DNA of 64,000 bases from Balanoglossus misakiensis (GCA_040954595.2 CM082577.2:7031846-7095845), one strand, 5' to 3'; shown: positions 13,081 through 28,347, numbered from the stretch's first letter. Translations and numbers: made by a program. Notes: generated from the sequence alone by a model not told the origin.

Positions 13081-15701
13081 ATATGTTGGGTAGCTAAAAT
13101 AAATTGAACAGAGTCAACAAATGAGATGGCGGCAAAGGGGTTGTCAATGAGAAGTCGTTAGGCTACCTTTGTGTTGTAAAATATTAGGTCCACGTGTTTC
13201 ATTTCCTATTGCATTATCCTCAAAGAATACAAGAATAATCTAACAAGCAGACGATAAATAAAACATTACAATATGATTGCGAATTGAGTTCCCAAGCACT
13301 GTCATCTGATCAATAAACACGCAAAAAGCCCAGCCTGTTCCTTATTACCGGATGTATGCGACACGTACGTTTAGATATTTTTTACGCCGTTGAATTTTCA
13401 GTGTTCCAATATTCTTGTTGTTCCGCAGAACATCATTGATAATTCAACCTCCCGCCGCAAGTGGCGTCTAATCGTCAGCACTCATAATGCAAATGACATA
13501 AATAATTCATTAAGATAAATCACCGGTAAAATAAAAAAAAAATCTGAAATAGAACCGTGTGGCATAAACCTGTTACACAACACAATGCAGATCCCAATTC
13601 ATAAGCTTATTACATTTCTGACGATTTTTCTATTGACGATTGAACCGGTGTTACAAATCAGGTGGTGCAAATCAATAAATCAAACTCCTTCAACATATGG
13701 GCATAAAACATAAGGACGTTTTTTTTTTTACATAACTCTTACCCGACCGGCATTGGGTTAAAAAAGTCTAAAATTCAAAATGCAGTTATTCGTGAATTCA
13801 CAATATTCGCCAGTTTTTATCAGCTGATATGGTCCAAATGTTACAATAGTTTGTATCAATGGCATTATAATTAAGTCACTAAAAGATGTAAACAGTGTGG
13901 TATCATGCAGCGTCCACGCTCAGGTGCGCGGAGATGTTTTCGCTGGATGGAGCGGGGCGTTTCAATCGGTCCGCACGTACGTCCACGTATTCTTGACGCG
14001 CGCACCGCAAGCGGGACTAGCCTCGTGTAAATCGACCGTTGTCTTGGAGAGCCTTACGCAAACCGACTCGAACCACTCAATATGCCTCGACAGGGAAAAG
14101 ATAACAAAGGGATGTAGAGATCAGAAGCGAGTGGCGTAAAAGAAAACTCGTAAACTTTCCGCGATATTAATTGCAAGTCGGGTGCACAGCGGTCACGCCA
14201 CTCTACTCTAGTCGGCTGACAAATGGGGGTCAACGTGAAGATGTCTTAATGGAAACCCGTGGATTATCCGCCCCCGGGGGTGTATTCCCTACCACTTCTT
14301 CGTTGGGCCAAGTTTGAAATATAGCCGGCTGTACGTGAGTGTGTGTGTACCGTGCATCGATCCCGAAAATATCAGACCGGTTAGGCTTTATGTCGGTGAA
14401 ATAGTTCCGCAGGCAGTGTCGTGCTCATGTTGTCATCTCGGAGTTGGAAATAAAAAATGCATATGCATGCGGTAGTGTACTAGTGGAGGTAGCCTATCAA
14501 TACTACTGATCGCCCAAAGTCGAGAATGCTTTCCTCTTTTTCGTTTGTACTTTTGGTAATTTCCCATCACCTTTGTAATAATTTAATGAACCCTCTGCAC
14601 GTGTCAAAATGGGAACAAAAGCTAAACTATAGACAACACCGTTGTTTCGGTGTCCACATAAGTAGCTAAACACCAAATTTCTGGAAAATGTCGTGAAATA
14701 CTATTTTAAATATTTTGAAACTCATACATCGATTTTGAACCACTTGAAGTATAATGCCATGTTACCATGGTTTCTGAGAACGTGGATAAGTTGAAGATAA
14801 ATACAAAATGTCGATCGAGGGTATACATGTAGATGGACCAATATCTGTGGTGACTATACATATACACGTGTGTGCATACTAGACGGCTGCTGTGACCTGT
14901 CAAAGGCCAGTCATGCTAGCGATGGCACAATCCAGAATGATGTATTTGAATCTGTTGGTTCTCGTGGCAGGCGCTCGCTTTCTCGGTCTCGCGGGAAATC
15001 ACGCGACCCGTCCATATCAGCGCTCAATCTCGGGGAAAATTGAAGATACATCAAACGCGCCACAGGGAATCGGCACCTCACCCCGGGCTCGCCTTTATTG
15101 CGCGCGACGTTAACGCAACCGCTGGAGGATCCCGGGAGTTGTTTCGGTGTCTGCCGACAATTACTATCCCCATTAAACTGTCTAAATGTTAAAAAACAAG
15201 TCCTGTTGCTGTCGCACCGTGAGTGACCGGAGGTGCAACGAGCTCCGACAAACTCCTGCGAGGGTATCATCGAAAGTGACGCGCCCGATCCTGGTTGAGA
15301 TTACTCAACGTCATGTTTGGTTGGCAAAAGATCCGTTTGTTTGGGGTTGTCCGGAAATGCTGCCCCGGGGCAAACTTTAAAACGCAAATTATGGAAGATT
15401 CTAAGAAATTGACGATCTGTATACGTACGTCACGGTACCCCCTAACAACGACAATAATGTTAGGGAGCGTGCGCCGCTCACGTTCTCAACGTACAGCAAT
15501 ATAACCGTAAGGTAGTTACAACAAAAGTTGGCAAATGTGCGTAATAGCTTGCTAGAGCGTATGTTGTTCGAATTCTAAGCATTTCCAGCTGTGAAAGAAC
15601 CAATTTACAGACTAGGCTTAAAAGAGTTTTACTAGTGGTTTCTGGTCGCCGATCGCATCAAAAGCCCCACGTTGGCCCATTTTTTGCAGTTTAGTAGAAT
15701 A

Positions 15702-15743
15702 AATGAATGAATGAATGAATGAATGAATGAATGAATGAATGAA
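15702..15743 (+). repeat. (AATG)n microsatellite
   Basis: Read directly. Confidence 0.95.
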
Positions 15744-15990
15744 AAAAGCCGCGCCAGAGTCGTTTTCAGAAAAAGTCCTTTTTGGCCCTGTATAGGGACA
15801 CTCCTGGAAGGGGTGGAAGTCAATTCACCTGCGAGCGTTACTTTAAAAGCTCAAACGTGCTCTATAGAAGGCGGCGTGGAGGGCTGCTGTACGTGACATT
15901 GTCAAAGACTCGGGAGGATATCGATGGGAATTCACTTAATAACCCTGCGAAAACCATTTCTTTGACTAAACGAATTTGCCTCCGTTTTAC

Positions 15991-16032
15991 AAAAAAAAAA
16001 AAAAAAAAAAAAAAAAAACAGAAAAAAAAAAA
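15991..16032 (+). repeat. Poly(A) tract (A28-CAG-A11)
   Basis: Read directly. Confidence 0.9.
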
Positions 16033-18196
16033 CGCCATAGAATTAACAACATTTTATTTTTGACCAAGTAGAGGCCGTGGTTGATGGGTGGCGTGACTCG
16101 TACAAGTAAACAAAGGGGTGTAAACAAAAAAGACATTATATTCATTATTATCAAATGTTGATATTTGAACGCAGTTTTATGGTCTACCGCGATGCTCAGT
16201 AGATCGATGTATTTCTGATATCATAGAAATATTTTCATGTTCCTCGTATTACCAGAGGTTATAAAAGAAATTGAGGTCACAGATGGTAGAAATTTTCACG
16301 AAACGTGACATTAATTAATATATTGAATACCTGCATTCGGATGTGACCTATTTTACCCGCGTTCTGACACTAATTGTGTACGCGCAGTGGTGTGAAAACT
16401 TCAGGTATTTTGAAGCAGAATACTGCTTGCGACGTTACCCATTGATTGGCATAGGCATGGCAAATTCACCCTTATCCATTGCGCTCCCACGATATGTATG
16501 TGCGCCCACATCCGTGTGGACGGGCCTTGGGCGTTGGCATGGCGACGGGCGAATGCAAGCATCTGATTCACTGCTGGTTGTGTGCGGAAAGCCCGCGGAA
16601 TACGAAAGGTTGAGTAATGAATGCTGGCTGCGGCGAAAGAGAAAAAGGAAAACGTGACGGGGGTCATATTGATACCGTGACGTTAATCGAGTCCAGAGTG
16701 CAACTGTTAACAATTTCTAGTTAATTTGCCTTGATCAACCGTAACAATATTACATATTTTCCTTGCAACGCCGGTGAAAGGCCACGAACAGAAATCTGGC
16801 GTCGAGATTCTGCAAGTCACCTCGTCTTTTCCGCACTAAACAAGGCGAAACACGGTTTGTCGTGCAAAATGTATGCCATGACAACGACCCTTGAAAGTAG
16901 GGCAGAGAATTCCCCGAAGCTGAAAAAGGACCCCTCGCCGTAATGATGAGCTGCAAAGACGTTGTGTCAAAATAAGGGTCTTCAGTTCATCAAAGGTTGA
17001 AACTTCCGGTGGTCTGTCCTAGATTCTCTGTCTATTTTTGACAACTGATTACGGCGATGGCGACGGGAGTGTCGGTGACATTGTGGTCGTATAGATGATG
17101 ATTGCCGTGTAGCGAAGGAAAAAGGGAAGATAATGACGATGAGCTTGCGGAAGGGGGGGGGGGACGGAAGGGCAGCAGGGGATCCGTAGTAACACAATCT
17201 TCTTATAAATAACAGTGATTTTAAACAATTTTACACTGGCGACACTAGCTCTTTAAAACCCCTTTTGGCGCAAGTTTCGTTCATATTTAAAATATAACCT
17301 GGCTTAGTGTTTGGCCCACTGCCACACCCAGCTGCATGTAAATGAGCATCAATACACTGTCTACATTTTTTGTTTATTTACCGCAAGCCTGAGCTAACCT
17401 GTCCTCTTTAAATCCGACAGTGAAAAACGATATTTCTGCAGGTGGCTATTGGCAGTGGTGTCTACACACTGTCTACCAGCAAATCATACATTATTAATGA
17501 ACACAACCTTGCATTATTCAGAACTCTCTCTCGAAGTCTCGATTTGCAGACACCAGACTATTGGCCTCAGTAATCTGTGCTTCGATTTTAGCCTAACAAT
17601 CCCGGACTACTGTAAGCCCCCCTCCCCGTGTGTGCGAGCGAAAGCAGGCTGGAGACGCAGCTTACGATTAAACTGAAAGCGAAAGATACAAAAGTTGCAA
17701 CGTTCGATATATCGTCCACTGATTTTCTTCGACCAGGCTCTATTAAGGTGAAGAAAAAAAATGTTAAATTGCCGAGGACCTTGGGACCAAGAAATGCACG
17801 AATTGATATTGCCAATATAATTTACTCCCGGACTTTCGAGACAGTACATTGTTGTTTGGCGCATAATGTCAAGCCCGGTCATAAATATTTTCAGAAAAAC
17901 AACGATGCATCATAAGTAGCCTACACATGCTGAATACTGAGCGATTCAGGCAACATGATTTATGAAAGAAAGGCGCTTCTCAGTTATCAAATTGTTACGA
18001 CAACTGTGGATGTAAATAAAAGTAGAAAATATAATCTAAACTATGGGGACGTTAGTAGATCAAATTGATGCGGAAAGATGTAAAAATAAATTGATGGAAA
18101 TGCATTACGTACATGTATAGTTTTCAACAGCATGGTTAATGATTTTATCTGACCTTTTCAGCAGACAAAATTTCAACAGCTTTCCATGTCTAGGTC

Positions 18197-18223
18197 TGTG
18201 TGTGTGTGTGTGTGTGTGTGTGT
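18197..18223 (+). repeat. (TG)n microsatellite
   Basis: Read directly. Confidence 0.92.
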
Positions 18224-20289
18224 CTGAGTGTCCGTGTGTCTATATGGACGACTGTACGTCTCTGCGCTTGCATCACTGAAAAGAAGAACTATCTCATGTC
18301 CAACTTGTTGTAGGACATTTGGCCATTCCATTAAAAATGAACACTACATGCAGTGTAAGAGCCCCTTGGGAATCTGGACAAACTCATCATTATCGCCTTC
18401 ATGGTAAACAGACTTCGACATGCGTTTGAGATAAGACACCTAGTATGTACTAAGTAATGACGCCGCTCATACCGTTCGGAATGGAACGTGTACCCCAATA
18501 CCACAGACACATTTATTAAAATGAGCCACCCCGGTCCGGTGCCAACGTGTCAGATATGAAGAACCCGCTGGATATCCGGTGTTCTCCGCGGCCTATTCGG
18601 TTGTTATAGTCTTTTATAACGCTGCTTGATACCGGCAAGATAGATGCACAAAGATAGAATCAATCGAAGTGTTACAGATAAAAGGTACATCTCGGCACTT
18701 CGTCAAACGGAGAAGCCTCTGACGGCGGGTAATCATTAAAGGAGAAATTTATGACCTACATCTTTGCCGAGCTGAGAAGTTATAGGGGCAATTTTTTCCG
18801 ATTACAATTTCGTTTGACCTGGACATGTCAAGCGGATGGTTTAGCTGTCCCGATATAATGATGTTTAACTCAATTATTCGGGTCAAATGCGACCTTTTCT
18901 CGGAGAGGCGCAGATATAAAACGGGAGGGTGGTTGTTCTCTACTGCAAGATACAGGCCTAGTGGCGAGTTTTATGTGTCTGTACTGTAATACTATGAAAC
19001 TGCATGATTGAGCTTATAAAATAGGATACATGTTTATACTGTGGATTTATAGCCACTAACGTGAAATAACTTTGTTCCAACCAATAATTACCGACTGGCA
19101 ACGGACGTGTGTCAGATAAATCGCTCTTCTCGACATCAAATTACGTCGATTGCGCTTTCATATTTTTTCGAGTTGCAAATATTATTGTCGCCATGTCTGT
19201 TGCGTGACAGAGTGTTGACTAGATTGAAAGATGTCGCATAAATCCAGACACGTTTTACTTCATGTTTTGCCTCAGTAATAAGTGGAGACAAAACAGTAAT
19301 AAGTTCTGCAGTAGGGAGGCCATTGGTCGTGAAAGTTTTTTCTTTGTGTACAATATTTTTTTCTTCTGAATATTGTTATGGGCTTGCTCTTTCATTGAAT
19401 TGTGGTTTTATATGGCATGGTGTTTTTGTATGGCTTCACCCGCCTGGTGGTGTTGCTATGGTGACCGTTACTAGGTTGACTTGTGTGTCTGGAAAGCTCT
19501 AGACTAGAAGTTTCCATCACGTTTCCATCACGCCCTTGGAGGGTGATACATGGGCCTGTTGTACACCAATCAGAAGCGCGTTCTGGGTGATTAGCCTGTC
19601 TGCCATGTGTTTGAGAGGATGTATTTTTTAGCGTGGGTCTGAAGAGGAAGGAGCCCAAGTTTAGGCTCTGTGCAACTTTTCCTGATTTTATCCGTCTTAT
19701 CCCTACCTGATAGCCAGCTCGGGTCACCGATCGCGAGATCTAAGTCGTGTTTACCGTAGCAGTTCCGTTAGGGTCCTATATTTTCGTCAAGACGCGTACT
19801 TTCCGGCGAGTTCCGACCGATGTTAGAGACAGAGTTGTTGTTTGTGAGAGACTCGAACGGGACCGCCTACGTGCTACCAGATTATCAGAGGCGGAACCTC
19901 AGATTTTGCCGAATGTTGTTTGTTGAGAACTGTTGCGTGCAAAAAGAGGCAACAAGAGTTTAAGGGTGTTAGTGTAAGCACTCTGGGCACCGTACTCCTC
20001 ACGGGATCTGTTAACTCAGATCAGTGCAACACTTTCAGCTTTGGGCTTTTGTATCGCCTTACTCTGTGATTTGAGTGTTCATTTTGCTATTCATCGTCCG
20101 ATCAGATGTCTGTGTCGACAGTCCGATTTTTGTGTCTTTATGTATAAATGTATGTATACACCAAAAACTTGAAAACTGCCGAACGTATCACCTCGATATT
20201 TTACGAACTTTTGCATCAATTTTCAGAAGTTCAAACCAACTTCGTGATGTCTGTTGAAGCATTGGCATCCCGTTGACCAGCGTGGCCTA

Positions 20290-21850
20290 TGTTACATTAT
20301 GGCTTTTTACCAGTCTTGCCGCCCATCTCCATTTTCAGGCTTTCATTGCTGAATTCACGTCTATCATTTGTACGCCCCCCAATTCTAATTTATTTAACAG
20401 TATCCAAGTTAATTTTAGCTCTTTTCCCCACCCTTAGAAAATCTTAATTTTATTTATTTATTTTTACAATTCCTTCTGTTGTCTGAATCATTGCTGCTAG
20501 GTAGTTTATTTTTGACATTGCCAAGGTTTTTAAGACTATTTTTTCCAAAGAGAGTCAAACATTTCTTTTTCAAGCTATTCAACAAGGTTTTGATTTTTTA
20601 GCTGTCCCAAAATAATTTTTCAACTTCTTTGATATTGCCAAAATATACCCCAAGGCTTTGATTGGTCTTGTTGGCCATAAGATTAGGTTTACCCTTTTTC
20701 CAAATTCCCAGTTTCAACCTCTCTGTCTATTCTCTATTATTAAGCTGTAACCCTGAGTACTTCCCATATTGATTAAGTTGAGCACTCTTGCCAGTGCTTT
20801 TTCTTTATCTGTGTACACCTGCATGTTGTCTTCCGTCTGAGTTATTTCAATTACCTTATTTTTAATCTTAAAATCCACTTGTGAATCATTTCATAATCTG
20901 TGCAAGTACTTCCACCACTGTTAGAAAAAGAGCTGAAGGTGGATATCCCTGTCTTTATCCCTCTGTGTAACTCGAATGCTCTGGAAAGTCAACCATTATT
21001 AATTAAGATACCTAGTACTTCTAGTCGTTCAACGACGGTTGTATATATTAGTAATCCTAATTATGAATGAGGGTCCCAACCCAAACTTTTTAAGTGTTTC
21101 TATCATAAACCTGTGCTCTACCGTATCAAAAGCTTTGCAGAAATCCAGGAATAAAATTGCTCCCCCTTATCAGTTTTCTTTGTAAAATCTTTGACATCTT
21201 CACACATTTTGTCCAATAAAACGCCATTTCATGTACTTGTACCCTGGTCGTCTTTAACAATTACTGGCGCAATTTTCTTCAGAAGATTTGCCAGCATGCA
21301 GGAAAGAATTTTATAATCATGATTTAGATGTGTTATTGGTCTCCATGTTTTTTTAAATCGGTCCTCGTGTCCTTTTTATGGATCTAGGTGATTATGCAAT
21401 CACACTGAGTGTGCAAGTCTGCCTTTTGGAAAACCCTCATTGAATGCATCTTGTAAAATGTCTTTTAAGTTACTCCAGAAAGTATGATAAAATTCAATTG
21501 GTAGCCCATCTGTCCCTGGTGTTTTGTCCCTTTTCATTTCCCTTATTACCTTTCATTTCCCTTATTTGTCCCTTTTCATCCCTTGCATTTCTGCATTTTT
21601 ACTTTAAAGCGTTGTCTTATTTAATTTTTTCTAGATATTTCATCAGGCCTTTCTTATTTACATCTCTGACACTATACAGATCATTATAATAATCAACCTC
21701 TGCTTCCAAAATTTTATTCAATTTTGTGACAGTTTTACCATTAACTTAGTAATATGCTTTGCTCTGTTTTTTTTTTCTTTTCAAGCCCCAGAGTGTATTT
21801 GGTATTTCTCCTCTTCATGCAAATTCACTGTCGATCTGATTTACATTTAG
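20290..21850 (-). pseudogene. Decayed non-LTR retrotransposon (L1/Tx1 clade) ORF2 reverse transcriptase fragment
   Basis: Manual minus-strand translation gives RNTKYTLGLE (~21780-21812), KTPGTDGLPIEFYHTFW (~21472-21524), WRPITHLNHDYKILSCMLANLLKK (~21275-21345), GAILFLDFCKAFDTVEHRFMIETLKKFGLGPSFI (~21063-21165), RQGYPPSALFLTVVEVLA (~20900-20955) and GGVQMIDVNSAMKA*KWRW (~20325-20380). These are broken by stops and frameshifts. The ends are approximate. Confidence 0.9.
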
Positions 21851-24800
21851 TTACCCCATAATTTATATACATTTGATTTCATTTGTTTTTCTTTTCTGCG
21901 TACAGTTGCTTTGAAAATTACTTTATATGAGGTTGGTAAAATTCCCTTGTAAGAATTTACATTCCTGTTACAAAGATCACCAGCTATTCTTTTATTAACT
22001 GCCAGTGGCAGGTCAGTGAGTGTCTGTCTGTTTGTCTGTCTGTCCAAGGGTTGTTTGAAAGAAGTTGCTTGTCATGTGTTTGTACAGACAATTTTTAGTC
22101 AATTATCAATCTCTCTAGCACTGCTTCTAAGATTACCATGCCACTTCTTTGGCCTATAGTTAATTTCTTTTTACATAAATATATGCAGATCATATCTGGT
22201 TGCCAATGTCACCTGTGATTTTTATTCTGGTGTATACATATTTCTGTGTAATCCTCAAATGGGACCACAGCGTCCTAGACTGTTTTAGGTTGGTGTTGTT
22301 TACATTGGAAAGCATTGTATCATGGCTTCTTATATGGGGATACAAATTTATCGCAGTATAGGGAGATTGTTTGCAACAGCAAGGCTGATTCTAGTTTTGG
22401 GAGAACAGATGTCAAGGTTTATTTTGGTTTCGGGAGAACCGATGTCAATTCTGTCATTTCTGAAGAAGCCCTAAAAACTCCGCTGCTTTCTTCGGGCACA
22501 GCGAGGAAGCCAGAAGTTCCCTGGGAGATGGCTTATATTTCTCGTGAGCCCTCTTGTGGCGGAGGCAAACGTTATATTTCCCGACATGCCCATCGTGATA
22601 TTTTCGCCATCTTTCGGCATTATGCATATCTGTGCGTTTTTTAATTTATCTGTAATATTTAACAAAGTATTAGCAATTCTCTAACCTCTGAAGCAATAGA
22701 TTTTTTATATTATAATCTTGCATATTATATGAATCTTAAGAATCCAATACTTCTATGAAGAAACCTAGTCTTTCTTCATCGGCGTGTCAACGTGACGAAC
22801 ACCCCTTATGTGGGAATTAGGCCATTCACGCGTCGCAGCATCGCAAAATACCATCTCATGGAACTGACTACCTTCTAGTTGTTAATTGTTCCCGGGGAGA
22901 TTGATGTCGGCCAAATTAGTCTCAGGCGTAATTGCATGGCCCTTTATCTGTCGTGGACGGGTTTTGACGTGTCAGTGAGTCCAATCAAGCAATTTTGTTT
23001 TTCGCTCATGACGAGGATCCCTTGCCTGGTCGACTCTATACATATGCTGGTGTACACATGTAGACCAGTGCACCAGACTGTGACATGTCCCTTGCATGCA
23101 TTTGTACATGAGGTCCAAAACTTTTTAATATAGGTAACAAAGAAGTTTTTTTCAGTGAATATGACCGTAAGGCACAGTGTTATTTAAGTGGTTCATATCA
23201 TACCATTCTGAATATAAATTATTAGATAAATTTTTGAAACTCAGTTGGGATGGAAAAATATACAGAAGTGATAAAAGTTTCATGACTTCAATTAAAACCA
23301 CTAACTAGAGCGTGAACAAATTTCACATTGCAGACAGACGCATTGTGTTGTTGGATGCCTCCAAAACCAATCTGCTGTCGTTCATTCCAGCCATTCAAGA
23401 CTGATCTGGCGACAGCGATCATTACGAAAGGCTCGCCACACACTGTTCGCGCAGTCTAGTTGTGTGACTTTCTGACGTAAAACCCTAACTGCAAGCAAAA
23501 TATGAGCTATTGTCACACGCAGTAAATTACTGAACAGAAAATAGCGGCCACTCGAACTATTTCAGATTTGTAATGGAACGTGTTAGATGATAAATGTGTC
23601 CAAATCTGCCCAGCGTGGGCTTGCTCTTTCATAGCAACGCTTTCATAAATACGCCTACGTCTTTCAGGGGACTTCAGACGGATAAGCCAGTTATATAACC
23701 ATTGTCGGAGTCGACAGCTAAAGAGGAATAAATTTATCAGCAGCGAAGAAATTATTTTATCGCCGAAAGTCTTGTTAATGTAGCAGTATTGAAACCTGTG
23801 AAATCACACGAGTGTAAAAAAGATGGGTGCCGCCTGTAAATACCAAAATATCAGATCCTGGTGACGTCATACATGTTGTACTTCATTATGTTGTTCCCCA
23901 GAGCATGGCAATAAAAAATACTTGCACATGCCACGTTTACGTGGTGTTTTTTCGTAATTATGATGGCCACTTCAGGGTGAACAAGGATCCTCCCGGTCCA
24001 TGCCGGGCTTTTAGATTAGAAATAACACATCCGCATACCTCACTGTGCAACGGTATTAGTTCTGTTTTCATCTAGAGTGGGATCGCCATGTTGAAGTATT
24101 ATTAGGGTCATTGACAGGCCAAATTGAGACTCTGCAGTATATTTCATTTTCCTCAAATAAAACAAATTGCGTAGTTGGGTGCTCGTACTTGCCGAACGGA
24201 AGTCATCAAATTACGGTAGAGATATTTGACGCCTCTGTTCATTTGCTAGGAACTCTCTGCCGGTGCATGTGTAAATATCTTGTAGGGGGGGGGGGGGCTG
24301 GATCATTGGCATACGGAGTGAGAAAGAAATAGCAGTGCATCCTGAGTGTCACTGCTGGCTTGTGTCATTCCTGTTACACAGGTGTTCCACTTAATTATAG
24401 AATATTTACTACCAAACAGTGAGATACTCTGTAACTTCATCGCTTTTACTGGAAGTTGACCCTTCAGGTGTGATTTTCTTTCATATAATTACATGTATAT
24501 AGCAGAAAGTTGGCTTCATGTATATCTAATATATGAAGTTTCTATACAGTCTTGCATGTCCAATGATATTTAAAGTACGATGACCTCTCGCCCTGTTTCT
24601 CCCCCCTCCACTTTGTCAGTGACGTCACCATAAAACGAACATCTTCATTGCTGTTTCTTTCATACACATAGCTGTTTTTAGGGTATGTTTATTTCTAGCA
24701 TGCAATGGTTGACATGGGTCTGATGCAATCCTCTACAGACGCGCGCTCCACTATTGCGTTTTGCGCACACGAGTCGGTGGATTGCACTAACCACACTCAT

Positions 24801-27384
24801 TCCTCATCCTGCCAATAGAAACGTAGATAATACCTTGAAAACTTTGACCTTTGGTATTTTCAACACAAATTATTGCCATCATTACCTGCTATCGATGAGC
24901 ATCCCCCGTAATCTGATTCGATATTTTTCTGGAAAGATATCGTTAGCCCTGAATTCCCAGGACACGACGTGAGTTCTGTAGGAATTATTCATCGGGAGTA
25001 AAAATATGGCGGTCAATTGGCAGCGTCACCTCCTTATATTTGAAGCAACGGTAACGATAAAATAAGCTCCAAATTGCAGGCTAAGGTAGAAGTAAAGCCA
25101 TTTGAGATATTTAATATTTGACATGATTTATTATTTTGTTTCCATCAATGTCAATTCGGTCCGCCGATTTCTATTTTCAACGCAATTGATTCCAATCCGG
25201 GCTCGCATGCTGATTTGAGGGGAAGGGAGCAGATCATATGAAATGCCTGCAAGTCCTTCACATCAAAAACAGTGAAGCTTTTTTCTCCAGCAGTTGCATC
25301 AAAATACCCAGGCTCTCTCCTTCCACCCACGCAGTTCACAAGCGCACGGCGCAGCTGAACTCGCTGCCTGTAAACGCTGAGGGAAATCGAAAGGCGAAGA
25401 CGTGTACGCATGTATGAACACGCTACTAGGGGGAAAAAAAAGTGAACCTTATCAGGCGGAACAGACAATTACATCGAGGGGAAAAATAAGCGACAATAAA
25501 GAACGGGTGACAGCAAGAAACAAAGCTAAAGATGTAATTGCCACTGAGTCGATTTCCCAAAGCCGGGTCAGTGAAGATAAAGAGGAAGGGGGGGGGGGGG
25601 TGACACGAAAATGAGCTCTGACGACAGAGCGCTGTGTACAGATAAGCGACTAATGAAGTGATGGAGGGTGCCAGTGGCTGTATAGTCATTAAACAACTAT
25701 GCCAAAACATAAACGTTTCAAATGCTTGACCTGGATAGAAACGTAAAGAGAGCCAGGGAGCCAGTGATAATGCGCAACGTGAAACTTCATCAGTGAAATG
25801 GTGTGTTAAAATTGAACTGATCAATTCACACAACCAACCAATCAGTCCGACCCTGCAGTCTATAAAACACTTTGACCAGTGAGTGCGTGCGCGTGTGTGT
25901 TTGTGTGTCTGTCAAAAATCTCCCCTCTTTGTCTATAGTCATCTCTGTTTGCCAGTTTCTTTGCTTGTTTGTTTCTTTGTATGCATACATGTGTGTCTGA
26001 CCGATTCACAACATCCCTGGCTGGTACATGTACTAGGTATCTGTCTCTCATTCTGCCCCTGCAGAATTACTATTACCTCTTGGTCTTTCATTATTTCTTT
26101 ATAATTATAAGTCAGAGGGTATATCATGTGATAAATCATTATACGAACCAATTATGTGCCAAGGCATTAGGCAAAATAACAAATGAGTGGAGTCATTCAT
26201 CTTGCACCTACTAATCATGCATTGATCCGATTAATTCTATGTCGGTTCAGTTTCTACCCTAGAGCGGGAGGTAGAAATTAGACGACCCCCAAGAATAGTG
26301 TTGATAGGTGCTGTGTGTTTGATATTTACATCATAAGACTCGGGACAGAATTGGACTGGATCAAACTCACCCTAAATTTACCAATTTCACGAGTACAGTC
26401 ACGATAGACTTGGGTGATGGTTATGCAAAGCAAATAAAAGAAGAAAACGCAGGAATGAAAATGCTTTGCTCAGAAGATTTCGATGATCTTTCTTTTCCAA
26501 ACACACAAAAAAATCATATCGATCATAAGCGGTGCAGCTGTCTGAGAGGAACATTGATCTGGATAGCTCTGAATGTAAGATTTGCAAACTCTTGTTGCGC
26601 CATTCAGTTGCAGCGCCCCAGCGTCACAACGCAGGGGGGAGGACTGACCGAAGGCGTTGCCAATAGCAACGGCGAGCGTTTAGAGGCTTTAATGGATTGT
26701 CTTGTCCTTTCACTGTAATTGCAGACTGTTTGGTGCTATGCCATCTAAGACTGGGAAACTCCCCAGAGGAAAGAACAAAGAACAAATTTATGGTATTCTC
26801 ACGCTGTTTTTTTATCAAGTTAATTAACAAATCATAAGCGAGTTGATGAAAATTTGATAGTCTGGTCGTAAAAACTCGCAATAATGGCAATTGTGATGGT
26901 GATACCAAATTTAGTCAATTTTGGATCACCTTTATTACTGACTTTAATAATATTAAATTTGGTGAATCTTCCGGCTCGACAAGGTCATTGGATAATGGTA
27001 AGAGCAGGTGTCTTCTTGGATGATGACACTTAATGGGAAAATTACCATCTAGCTTTTGTGTCGTCTTGACTGAAAAGCCGCTCCCCCCTTTACATGTAGA
27101 TGCGCCGAAAGTTCTCTCACACTGATGCATCAGCAAGGAGCCAAGCAGGCAGCCTCTGACCTTTTATCATGGCCACTGATATTTTCCCGGTTCATTGGGT
27201 ATTTGTACAACATCTTCTAGTATTCGTCAGTATGAGCAGAAGCCAGGGCAGCATCTTGCCAATCTTTAATAAGCTGTACGAAGAATGATGTCCACAGTAG
27301 TGTTCTTGATTGGTAATAGCAATCTAGCATGGCCTCTGTGGCATATAATGCAACAACCTGTAATTCACATATTCACCCATACAT

Positions 27385-27501
27385 GATGGTGGTGGTTTTA
27401 GTGTGACGGCGGCGTGGGTGGTGGTGTTGGTGGTTTTGGTGGTGGCGGCGGCGTGGGTGGTGGTGTTGTTGGTGTTTTTTTGGTGGTGGTGGTGTTAGTG
27501 G
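27385..27501 (+). repeat. Degenerate (GGT)n low-complexity tract
   Basis: GGT/GGC/TGT triplets, with GGCGGCGTGGGTGGTGGTGTTG occurring twice. Confidence 0.85.
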
Positions 27502-28347
27502 ATATTGTACATGTACAATGTACATACATACTGGTATAAAAATGGTATTGATGCAGATTTATTATTGCTTTTAAAGATCTTTTAAATTTATAAACTGGTT
27601 GAACGCAACGTTACATTCTCTCACTTTGTTTGCCACGTTGCCTGGTACAAGCACTGCAAACTGCCCTGCAGAAATTAAGCGGGCAGAGAGTTCATATTGC
27701 GGATTACTGGGGCCGAAAGTTCATCTTAAGGATTACTGAGATTTTTAAGTTAACCGTCAGTTGTTTTTTCCTCTTAGAATGAATACATTATGCAGAAGCA
27801 TAATTCACAGAGTCAATGCGAAGCGATAAATGAACCCCCTAGGTTACAAGCCACTAATGCGAAATAATGCTGTCTCCACTTATCGTAGCTCTTGTCATCA
27901 ACTTCCATGTGCGATGTTCAACTTCCAAGTAGATCGCATGCATGGGTATTTTATTAATGTCCCTTCAAATTAAACTTTTGTAAACACCAAAATAATTCTT
28001 CTGCACAAATAAAGTGAGAGTGAAGGACTCAGACTGGTCTTATGTGGTACTATAAGGGTGACTTCCTAATCTACGAGGCACGAGGTTCATAGAAAGCGCA
28101 TAAATACACTAAAATATTAATTTTGATGTCCCTGTACGGGCAGTTTCATTTTATGTTCCAATTTCAACGCAGCACAAAATGACAGGCACGGGACACATGA
28201 AGGTAATTTCATGCGTTTCCGTAATTGCGTGCGACGATTCGTGCGTGCCATTCCGACGCTTGACAAGGACGCGATTCTAAACCTGGGGGGGGGGGGGGTT
28301 GAAACACCTAGAGGCTGTCAATTTGGTGGTAACCATGGATGCATTAA

